From assembly GCA_905178155.1 (NCBI GenBank), contig CAJINV010000003.1:9679979-9743978 (forward strand): a stretch of DNA of 64,000 bases. Direction: 5' to 3'. The position numbers and the translations under genes were made by a program. Shown piece after piece: positions 35,377 through 46,080 of this stretch; within the stretch, counting starts at the first letter, position 1, and every line of letters begins with the position of its first letter. The stretch is from Amoebophrya sp. A120. Taxonomy: Eukaryota > Protista > Dinoflagellata. The notes under the pieces were generated by a model that was not told the origin of the DNA, did not search any database, and saw nothing but the letters and a program-made list of their open reading frames with translations.

Positions 35377-38300
35377 CTATCTGTCGCAACAAGGTGCAAC
35401 CGCGCCATCGGAAAACACTTTGAAGTCTCGCGATCTACCTTCATCGCCGTACCAAAAGTGCGGGCTGGGACTGCTGACATTTTCTGTCGAATCGCTTTGG
35501 CGCAGATGCGACTGTGGAGCGACGCGCAACAAAGGTCCAGGCTGACCCGGACGCGAGCTTCTTGCCTTTCTTGCGAGTTCGTTACGATAGAAGCCGAGCA
35601 GAGAACGCAGATCCGAGACGCTCGGGTGGATCACTTTTCGTGGCGAACCTGCTCCAGGATCATCTCGACCTGAACTGACCACAGTAGCGCGCGTGTTCTG
35701 CGTATCCTGCTGCCAGTCTTTCCTCTGCTTCTGCATCGAGAGTTGACGCACCTCTGCCGCCGAGCTGCAGCAGCCGGCGGTAATAAACGGTGCCCTGCTT
35801 GCCTCCCCCACCCTGGTGTCAGCGCTACGGTCTGCGTTTTTGTTTCTTGCTGGACAGTGCGCGAAGAAACACTTCCGCCACACGGGCGATCGCAGATGCC
35901 GCAAAACCGGCGACAAACTGCAGCTGCGCTTGTCAGGGCTTGTTCCTTTCTCTTCGACAATATCGCACGGCCGATCTATTTCTACTGGAAAAAAGTCAAG
36001 GCCGTGGGGCGGCAACATAGACAGCCCCGCCGAAGTATCGGCCACTGCCCTCGAAGGACTAAGCGGGATCGGCGATGAAAAACGTGGGTCGGGGTAGAAC
36101 TGCAGAAGCGTCGTCGTGCTCCCTAGTACCGTGTTGGGATAGGGGGCGTCGTGCCCCTGCGGTGCGGCCCGGTCTTCCGCATCTTGTGCTATCTCCTCGC
36201 TTGCGCTGCTCGTAACGGAATTTCTGTGTTTTGCTGACAACACCGAACGGGCAGCAAATATATTATTCTCCTCCTTGCGCGGCCGATAGTCCGGCTCCAT
36301 AAGCGGGTTTCTCCATGTTGCAGACGTCTCTGCCGCATGCTTCTGACAGTCTGGTGAAGTGGCTGAATTTGCAGTCGGGCTAAGAACCTGCATAGATGCA
36401 CTGAGCTCGGGAACACCGGGGGATGCGGAGAAGATTGTCCCGGCGCCGTGCCTCCTGAGCCGAGGAGTCGCCGCATCGGTTGAACTTGACCCTCCTACCG
36501 GACTGTCTTTAACGGCCAGGGGTGGCGCCTGCGTGGGCACGTCATCTCCACTAGTGGCAGTTCTCGCGGGGAAAGCTCCATCGTCCGGAATGGATATCCG
36601 ACTTGTAGCTGCATGCCACCCCGGTGCGTCATCCGAAAAAATTGCGTACAAGCGCTTTTTCGCACCTGCTCCTGTAACGTTTGTCATTGGCTGTGCCTCT
36701 ACGAGGAGCCGACCGCTTTCAAGGCCTGGCGACGCGAGCGCTGTGCCTAGGCGAGGAGGATATGCAGATCCTGGAGAGCGCGACCGGGTCGCGCTGCTTC
36801 CAGAGGAACGAGACCCTGTGACACGAAGGTGTGCGACTTGATCGCGGGCACCGGCGAGTACTCTTTGCTGCCTGGACTGCAATTCGCTCGTCTGTTGCTG
36901 CTTCTGCCACCACTTTCGCAAGTCCGCAACTTCAGGAAACGGCGACACAACTGCGTCCGACCGCTTCCGAAAACGGTCCTCCAGAGCGCGGACTGCAACC
37001 GACGGACGTGCAACGTCATCGGTGCTGCCCGTGTCAACTCCTGCCGCTGCTACCGGTTTGTTCCTGAGCGAGCTCATATTAGACCGGAAATCCGAAAGAA
37101 GTGCGCGCTTTCTGGTTCTTGAATAAGCGGGGCACGGTACGTATGTGGCCCACCGACCGGGACCTGGCGGCAGCCCCCCCCCCGCCCTCACTCTCGAAAT
37201 CCAGCACCGGCAAACGAAGGGGCGCGACACTGCACAGAGCCGCTGCCTGAGGATTGATGGCCGAGGCCAAAGCGTTGGAGCACGGCGATGCACAAGAGCG
37301 TCCGAGGCTCTCCGCCGCCGGCCGGCCTTAAAATGGGTCGGACGTGCGCGGGCCGATTTCCGGGCAAGAAAATTGGGGGGACCCCCGAATTGGCGCCTGG
37401 CCCGAAGCCACCGGAGTGCCGGCGTTTGATTAAGACCTTGAAAGCCGGTTCGGCTCCGCACCCTCGCAGCGGAGCGGCACGCAGTGGGGCAAAGCGGTAA
37501 GCAAGCCCCCTCGTTTTACCCCCTAGCTTCGGCGTTGCCCGCCGGCACGGGGGGGGCGACACTTGGGAGCGTTTTGTGCGTTTTTACTCCCCGGCGAAAA
37601 GGCTCAGAACTCGGCCACGCTTGCAAAGTTTAGGGCTCCAAGATCCGCCGAGGGCAAGAAGCCCCGGGCAAGCTTCGCCCCTTGTCCGGCGCGCCGTACT
37701 TGTTGCCCTCGCTGCTGCGTCCGAAGCCCACTCGAGGACCAGAAGGCGCGCACTTCGTCCGGATTCCTGGTCTAATGATGCGATCGATCGCTTGTCGCAA
37801 ACTCTCCGAGATAGACTCCAGTGCCCGGTGGTACATCAGGCGCGAGTCTTCGGAAGTGGACCGCATCTTTTCAAGCTCAACACACTGCTTGCCTGCGAGA
37901 AGCTCCGCCCTGCAGCGCTCCTTCACTAGTTGAGCCGCGTGCTTACGCGCCATATGCCGGAAAAACCCGAGCTGGATTTTGCGCAATGCCAAGTCCCGCT
38001 CCTGCACGATCACGGACCGGGGGCGTTCTTCGCCCGCACACAGGGGCCGGTGCGTCTCCGACCGGGTACCGGTTTCGAGGTCGGCAAAAAAACATTGCTC
38101 CTGGCGAGACTCCTCCGACTTCACCTTCGGTGGCGCCGCGACAAGTCGAGGCTTATCAGGTGCCACGAAAGGCGTGCTGCGCTCTGCCAACGGGTAGGGA
38201 TGTAATGTGCTGTTGCGTATTGACTTTTTTTGCGACGCCACTGTCCGGACCACGTGGCCGGTATTCAGGGCGGCGCGGAACGACATGAACTTCGACACCG

Positions 38301-38925
38301 CTCCTGCAACCCCACGAGTGCCTCGGCTGATATCTTCACTCTTGGTCTCCTGCGCCCGCGCGATAGACCGTGCTGTGACAGCACGGAGCGTTGTGCCGCT
38401 GAGTCGGGGCGTCGCTTTCTTCTCTCCGTGGTAGGAGTCCCGGTTGCGCTGGTTCTCGAACCTCCGGGGCCCGCCTTCCCGGTTTGCAGCGTCGGTGAGG
38501 ATGGAGGAGGATTCTGATGCGGAGCTTCTGCGAATTGACGAGCGATCTTTCACCCTATTGTTCGCAGGTGCGTCTAGCACTGCACGTGCAAGCGTTGCGT
38601 TCGAGTCGACCATTTGGCTGCTACTTCCCAGTTCTACTGTTGAAACGAGGCTCCCTAGCACGATATTGGCTGGACCACCGAGCCAGTCGGTAGGTTGGGG
38701 CTGTGAGGTTGTGAATGAAGTAGAGGTGGAACCACCACGCACTATTGCCGCGCCAATATTCTTTTCCACCTCCGGTGTGCCTTGTCCCGCCTCGCTCTGC
38801 TTACTGTCTGGGAAGGACGACAGCGTCTGCAATGTGGAAAATTGAAGAGGTTTCGTTCCAAACTTCCGGAAACCGACTGCTGATTCATTGTAACTCGTGA
38901 ATACTTGGTGGGTCCTAAAATTCAA
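35377..38925 (-). CDS. Large S/P/A-rich hypothetical protein; exons ~38925-37777 and 37077-35377 joined across a TIR-bounded insertion
   Basis: Two long same-frame ORFs fuse (..AIDRI|MSSLRNK..) when 37078-37776 is removed. 5' end uncertain. Confidence 0.65.
37078..37776. mobile_element. 699-bp introner-like element with ~51-bp TIRs interrupting a coding sequence
   Basis: ATTAGACCGGAAATCCGAAAGAAGTGCGCGCTTTCTGGTTCTTGAATAAGC is inverted as GCCCACTCGAGGACCAGAAGGCGCGCACTTCGTCCGGATTCCTGGTCTAAT (10 differences). It contains an in-frame stop, and its length is a multiple of 3. Confidence 0.85.
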
Positions 38926-40111
38926 AACAGCAAAGCCGCAGACAATGTGGCATGTCCTCTATTCTGCTTGTCAACTGGATCGGCTCGTCTGTAGCGAAAG
39001 AGCTATATGGAATTCGCACTACTAATTGACGCACAGAAGGATAGAAACAAGAGATTTATGTACAATGCCACTCGCACCAATTTTCGCCATCTTGTTCGCT
39101 TCGCCCTGCTCAGTCCTCTCGCGGCTCATCTGCATTTCTGTCGCGAAGACACTTCTCTTGTGACCATACCGGATAGATACTGCGGAGAGGCGAGCTTTCT
39201 CCTGAGGCACTCGCGGCTTATCGCCCGGAGACAGCGCTGCCATGGTCTTGAATTGCTTGACCACCTGCTTTCGCTTTCCGGTGTTGAAATACACAGCAGG
39301 TTCACAATGAACCTAGCCGGCCCTTCTGGGATTCCTGCTAGTTGGACCGCAACGCAAGTGAAAAATATGCGCGGATCGTCATATCTTGGGAAAGCCACCG
39401 CTCTCTTCAGAGCGATATCGGTTACGATACACGAACAGCTGTTCCGCCTGCACTTGCAAATCCTACTTACACCACCCACCATCTCACCCAAAACAAAGAA
39501 AAGCCGCTTCGCATCTCTACTCACGCGTAGTTCGACCCCTGACGAGGAGTAGTCTTCTTTTGATGCCCAATCGTGTCTCCCGAATTGTGTCCGATTCCCT
39601 CTCAGTCTCACTCAGGCACGTCCGTTAACCACATCGGCGAATCCCCTTCCCCGTGAGCGATGTCTTTGAATGCTGGTGCGGAAGTGCCAGACAAAAGCAG
39701 AACCACGTACGTGCCGCCTTTGCCTCTGCATGACGCTACAGATTGATACATGTGCACGACTGTACCTCTAGACGACCACACTCACAACCTGACAAGAACA
39801 CCGCTAACAGGCGAAATGCTGGCACAGTTTTGCGCTTGTGAATCCGCAGTAATTGAGATTGACGCTCAGGCTCAGTGTTGCAAGTCAAAATAGATACGCG
39901 TCTTGCTGCAACTACGTATGCACACTATTAGCAATATGAAAATACCAAGGTGCATAGTTAGTTCGGATCATCGTTTCGTCGCTCGAGTACTAGCTTCAGC
40001 TCTGCGCTAATTACACAGCGTCATGTAACTGCTCCAACGCGCGCTCCCGGGGTCGGATAGATGTTGTTGAGAGGACTTGTATATACTTCGTTCTGCCAGA
40101 GCATTTTGCTT

Positions 40112-43100
40112 TCAGTCATGCCGCTTGCGAACCAAACAGATACCGTTCTTGCAGCTTCTGAGCGTTTCCCACCGCCCTAGCCGAGGTTCCTTACCAACCG
40201 CACAGATGAAGAAACTTTCGCTTTCGACGATTTGATTCACCACGCCCGCTACGGGAATCGCTTCTTGTGGAACGAGCGTCTGCTTGGTCTGCACGCTCTT
40301 ATTCCTTCGACCATTGCACGCAGTCGCCGCACCAGAATCCAGCTTCTGCTGCTTTATTACGTCGTCACCTGTTACGCCGGCACTCTTTTCTCGGATTTTC
40401 CAGGACCTGAGGTAGCCATCGCTGCTGCCAGATAGAAGGTAGTTGCTGTGGCGCACGCATCCGAGACTGCTAATCCACATGCCGCCGTGCGCGTTTTCGA
40501 ATGACGCCTTGGGCTTGCTACTTTCTGCGGACCAGAGATGCAGGTGGCCGTCCATTCCGCCACTAGCGTAGGCACTACTCTGCAGCGCACAGACTGCATC
40601 TACAGAACTCGTGTGCTTTGCGAAGAGCAAGTGCGAATCTTGTGTAGTCTGCGAAATCGTACAGTTTTTGTTTTTGCCACAAAAAATTATATAGTTACGT
40701 AGCAAGAATGGTCCAAGCGTATAGTAGAGTCTGAGTGCGTGCGATCTGGCGCATTGCTATTTCATGTCTTTTCTAATGCGGTCAAAGAAGTAAACAAGTA
40801 CCTTCCAAAGTCTCGCAGACTTGTCGGCGCTTCCTGTGATCGGCCTGCTGGTCTGATTCAAGTCGATGCACGTGACAGCTTCGGTGTGCCCCAAGTACGT
40901 GTCAAGGCACGCAAAATGCTGCAGATCCCAGAGCTTGACGAGCTTGTCGGTGCCGGTGGTGAATACGTTCGTGCCATCGACCACCACGCCAGTAATGCGG
41001 GCGCCGCGCTGGTGCCCCGCGAGTTCCCGAATGCAACGATTCGTGAAAACGCGAGGGTCCCAGACTCGAACCAAGCTATCCCCCCCGACACTGACCAAGA
41101 GCTGCAGGGCCTCGCAAAACGCTACATCAAGCACCTCAGCATGATGTCCACCGCACGCAAAACTGTTGTGTTCGTTTATTCATTCTGTAAGTACCGTTGG
41201 TTACCACGACGCATTTTTGAAAAGTGAAAGTTGAAATATTGTACTTAAAATTTCGGGCAACAAGTTGACGTCCGACGTTGGTGTTCTCCCGCCAACATCA
41301 CTTTCAGGTCTATATATACACACAATTGTAAGCAGATTAGGATTACTCGCGGGGGCTGCCCGAGAAACGAACTTTCTTTCGTGATTCGACATCCCACTCG
41401 TAGACGACGCAATCCTTGCCGCCGGAATACACTCTGGTCTGGTCTCTTCTTACGCACGCGCTCGTACCTGTAGGTGTATGGACGCAACCCGTAAACTGTT
41501 TCGCTGCGGCTGCTAATCCAATAAATATAGGGACAAGAAAGCTGCAAAGGATTGCTGCTCCTTCTTGAGAAGGTTTTTTTTCTTTATGGCCCTCCTTCTT
41601 GAGAAGGACCCCCTTTCCGATACCGAAAAGGGGGGGGTAGGTGCAGTCGGTCGTCTGGCGGGCCGTATCCAGACATGGCCGGGTCCCTCCGGACCCGACC
41701 AGTTTTTCTTTTCGGACTTCAAAAATGTAAATCCGCAATTTCCCCGCCCCGGCAAAAAAGCGCTTCGTTTTGTTTGCTGCGGCTTCTCAGCGCGTCTCCC
41801 TTCTGCTGCGGTTTCTGTGGTGTGGCTGGAACAGAATGAAACACAACAACAGAAATAAATTTCTTGGGCGCGCGCGGACCGGCATACGGATGCAACAACA
41901 GAAAAGGCTTCAAGCGCGCGATGCGCGCGCGCAAACTGAGAAAAAGCTCGCGGCGCGCGCTGGTGCGCGCGCGCAGCGGAGAACATGCAGCGGAGAACGT
42001 GCCGCCCCAGTGGTCAAAGTGGCCGCCTCAGCTTTTCCAAATGCAGGAAGTGCTGAGATGGTCGCTTCAACATCCCGAGGGTGGTTGTCGTGCAATGCTG
42101 GGCTGCACGTAGCTGCCCCCTGGTGGTCTATTGCGTGGCAGCCCTGTTTTTGTGCAATAGAGCTACTTCACAGGAGAAGAAGCGTCGCCATGATGCATTG
42201 CGAACCACCTCCGTTTTTGAGCGGTAGAGCTGCTCCACAGTGGGTCTACGTCTACAAACTGCGCCCAAGCTACTGCGAAGCAGCTTTTTTTTTTGCGCAG
42301 TAGGTCCACGGCCTACGTCTCCAACCAAGTGGGGTGGCTATCAAGTTGGAGATGATTTACACCGGGGCAGCTGTGCTGCTGCTGGGCTCTGTGAAAGAAA
42401 GCCGCCCCCTTTGTTTTCGGAGATCGGGAGCCGGCTTTATTTTGAGAAGCAGAAAGCGCGTCGGTTCCGCTTTGCTTCCCTTGCGCTTCTTTTTTTATGA
42501 AAAGAATAAGAACAAACGAGAACTCGCTCGATAGCGTCGGCGCTGTGTACTTTGCGCACGGTAGTGCGCCTCGCAATCCATCGAAGCTGGCCGCCGCATG
42601 TGGCTGCCGTTGCGCTTTTTAAAAAACCAAGCGGCGAAAGGCGTTAGGCGCGCCGTGCCGTTGGGATTGAAATTCGCGATAGGTTTCGCGATAAACAGCC
42701 CCTTGATTTCGAAAAGGGGGGCGTGGGGGGGGTAAGCTCGGTCAGAGTCCCGCTTCTACCCCCCTTTTCGGTATCGAAAAGGGGGTCGATTAATCGTACA
42801 GCCTTTAAGCCCTTCTGAAGGCATGCAAAGGCGCGAACCAGGCGCCGCGCCCTGGGATCAGGTACCCTGGACCGGACCAGGTACCCTGGACCAGGTAACC
42901 CGGAGAATCAGGTGCCCAGTGAGCCGGGTGATCCGGAGTGTGGCGTCAGACGGCCACGCCGGGCGTCGGAAGGGCAGACCAGGCGGCGGACGACCAGGCC
43001 GGGCGGCAGACGGCCGGAGTGCGCGGCCGACGTGGTTGCTGGCAACCCAGTTCCCCGGGTACCCGGTCCACAGGGTACCTGGTCCAGAATAGTACCTGGC

Positions 43101-44709
43101 CCCAGGTGCCTGGTCTGGCCAGGGTACCTGGTTCATGCAGATACCTCTGAAGGTCGAAGGTCAAGACTTGGACCTTCAGAAGAATCAGCAAGAGACGCAT
43201 TTTTTTTGCTTGAAAATAGGATCGGGATAATCGTGAATATTTTAACCTTCTGGCGGTCGTGCTTTCTGCAGGTTTTTTTGAACTTCACAGTAAAAACGTG
43301 AAAAAGATGCAAAAAAACCTTCGGAAGGCCAAATCTTCAGAACGTTGAAAACCTTCAGACGGTCGAACTTTCTTGACCTTCAGAAGAGTTTGCAACTTTT
43401 TAGACAAAAAGCAAGCTTTCAGAAGGCCACTTTGATAAACCTTCGGAAGGTTCAAAACCTTCAGAAGGTTTTTCGCTTTTTATCAAAGTGCAGCAATTTC
43501 ATTCTGCCTCTTTCAAATATTCTTCAGAAGTTTTGCCACCTTCTGAACCCGACCTTCTGTAGATTCCTCTGAAGGCGCAAACCTTCTGAAGCATATCCAC
43601 GAGAGCGCAAATTCTTGAAAAATTCAACAACAATGCTGACAGCGACAGGCACTCACACGCATTACTTTCTTGCGCGATTGAAAAGCTCTGCCACCCGTGT
43701 CGGGCATTATCATATATAAAAAAGGCGGCTCCTGCGTTTACACTTGCAAAAGCTCGCGCTGCTTTTTGCCTCTGAGAGGCCGCCTTTTCGGCTGTTTTGA
43801 ATATCCTGACCTGATATTGGTTTTTCCTCTCTTTTCCGTGTTCGAGTTTAATTGTACGTCTTAAGTGCTGTCAGCTTGGTGAGAGAGCCCTGCCGTGGAC
43901 GGCGTCGCTAGTCTTCCAGCATCGAGAACCAGTCGACTTCTCGCTATCTGTTATCTGTTCTCACTAACCAAGTACAGAACATACAATGACTCCAAATGTG
44001 GCCCGGCAACAATCTGAGTAAGCCTTGCCTGCGATCGCGTTCACAGAACAAAAAAAGAGGACTCCACCATGAAAAATTAGTACATGTGCCCTGATGTCCG
44101 CGAGGAAAAAATATCGGCGTGTCGAGTTGAAAGGTTGCATCGGCGACTTGCGGTTTGTCAAAATCCTCTGCTACTCGTTTGCGTTTGCCAATGCTGTTGC
44201 TGTCCGTTCCCGCGATGGTTCGCAAATACTCTTTCGCGATTCGCAATCGCGTCTCATCGACACCCTCCTGCTCCGCAGGATCTTCGAAGAATTCTGTAGG
44301 ATTGGAAAAGATCGACCATATGATAGATTCGTAAGTGAGTGATTTTTTTGTATCATATGAATACAGTGCGTGCTCCCTGCTAGGCGAAAAAGATACTCCC
44401 AGGGTGCTTTCACGTTTCAGCGAGCAGATTTCTCCCGGAGGGCCTGGGCTCGAGGGCATCTCGTGTGGCCCAGCAGCCACCCGCTTTGAACCCGCGTGCC
44501 TTCAAAATTGCAGTCAGCCCAAACAGTCTCGAGCATCATAGTGAAGCCGACATACGTAGTGAGGTGTGTAGCTACGTGTAAATCAATATTGGAAGCTGTA
44601 GTACGTGTAAATCAATATTGGAAGGCAAGAACAAATTGTTACCGTCTTCGCTGTGAGGCGATTGTCGCTCGTGGTCGGCGTGGACTCCGTTGTGTTTGTG
44701 AACGACCAT
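40112..44709 (-). CDS. RRP9: U3 snoRNP WD40 protein Rrp9/U3-55K; exons 44709-44643, 44293-44084, 41467-41347, 41162-40802, 40648-40112
   Basis: Motifs ETRLRIAKEYL, RGHQGT|CTSA..VYSGGKDC, CGGH..VL, DKSARLWK, SGSSDG.LR.W and AVGKEPRLGRW. Four GT-AG introns restore one frame. The first exon is less certain. Confidence 0.9.
41607..42787. mobile_element. 1.18-kb element with ~32-bp TIRs that are themselves hairpins; no TSD
   Basis: GACCCCCTTTCCGATACCGAAAAGGGGGGGGTAG (41607-41640) is inverted as CTACCCCCCTTTTCGGTATCGAAAAGGGGGTC (42756-42787). Located in RRP9 intron 2. Confidence 0.8.
42811..43591. mobile_element. CTTCAGAAG-motif element, copy 2, interrupted by a MITE; may extend left to ~41550
   Basis: Numerous CCTTC(A/T/G)GAAG motifs, plus CTCCTTCTTGAGAAGG x2 at 41558 and 41592. 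Confidence 0.7.
42823..43145. mobile_element. 323-bp MULE-like MITE with GGTACC/CCAGG subrepeats and a 9-bp TSD
   Basis: TSD TCTGAAGGC (42814-42822) versus TCTGAAGGT (43146-43154). GAACCAGG..CCTGGTTC inverted ends and the terminus ..GATACC, as in 52717-53328. Confidence 0.7.
44573..44624. repeat. Tandem duplication TACGTGTAAATCAATATTGGAAG x2 in RRP9 intron 1
   Basis: Seen directly in the sequence, period 29. Confidence 0.85.
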
Positions 44710-46080
44710 TCTTCAATATCAAAATGAAATCCTTCCCCTAAGTGCGTCGGCGGCAACCACGAATTCGTGCTTTCTAGTGCTTCACATTGCAAAAAAATCG
44801 CACTATTGTTTGGCTACCAAACCCTGCATGCGCGCGCGCGACTGAGCAGCAATCCGATGCACGACATGCCATCGCGTCTTACGTTACCCTGCAGGGCTTT
44901 GGAAGCAAATCGCCCGTCTCAACTGAGTTTAAAATTCAATTTTGGAAAGCATATTAAAACTTTTTTGCATGAGAACAGAAACAGGATTATTTCTTTGGAT
45001 TCAGTCTGCTCTGACTTTAAAACGAAGAAGCCCTCCCAAATGTTATGGCCCGGAAAGGGCCTCCGCCAGACTGGAGGCCAAGGTCGTGCCCCATTTATAA
45101 AACAGGGACAATCTTGCGGCTTTTTGCGGGCCGTTGCCGTTAGATTGCTTTTTCCTGTCCTTCGGAAGTACGTGGCAACTTTTGCTAGGCCCCCCGGCAC
45201 TGCGCGAGAAACTGCCACACTAGGTGCCCCACGGGGTACGTGGGGAACCTAGTGCGGCAGTTTTCGTCTGCCTTTTCGCGGGAACGGTGGGCGCCTCAGA
45301 GGGGCGCAACACGTTCGCGGCTTGAAAGTCGCTGCTCGCGGTACATGCCAGGATCGCCGCCAGGATAGAACGCCCGGGACCCAGCAATATCCGTACACAA
45401 GGGACGCATGCTGCTTACCGGCCGCAGGTGGAAAAAAAAAACGAAAGACGCGGAGCAGTTAAAGGGGGCCGCACACCCAAATTTGGGCGCCGGCTATTAA
45501 GAAAGGCAGCAACAGGCGGCTAGTAGGGCACTGCGATTTTCCCCTTTGCGGGGAGTGCGACAAAAATCAGAACCCGGTAACCGGGGAAAATTGAGCGCGA
45601 ACAGCGCGCGATCTTGCAACTAGACGCGACGGCGCGCCCCGCTACCAGCCGGCGGCGGCATTAGTGAGAGAGAGGGGATAGCCCAAAAAATCGCAAGCCC
45701 TCCCGCCGTACGCCAGTGCCTGCGACTAGTAAAAAACATGCGCGAGCGGGAGCAAGGGGCCTCACTCGTATGGCCACCATAGCGGTGCTTTTTGCGCAGA
45801 GTGACTAGGGAAGCCCGCGCCGGTTGACCTAGTAGTGGCGGGCGGGAAAAAGACACGAACGCAAGGAGAAAGGAAACCACCAGCGACTTCTTTCCCTCTA
45901 AATTTACCCCAGGGTCTCCTTCCCGGAAGGTCAGAGCCGTCAAAAGCCCCGCAGCTGTGCGTTGCGTTTGTGCTGCTTTGCATCAACAAAATGAGTCGCT
46001 GCTTTCATGTCTTTTCATGCGATACAAATTCACCCGCCATTTTTCCGCCCTGCCGACTGGCGCGGAGCAGGTGCTCACTT

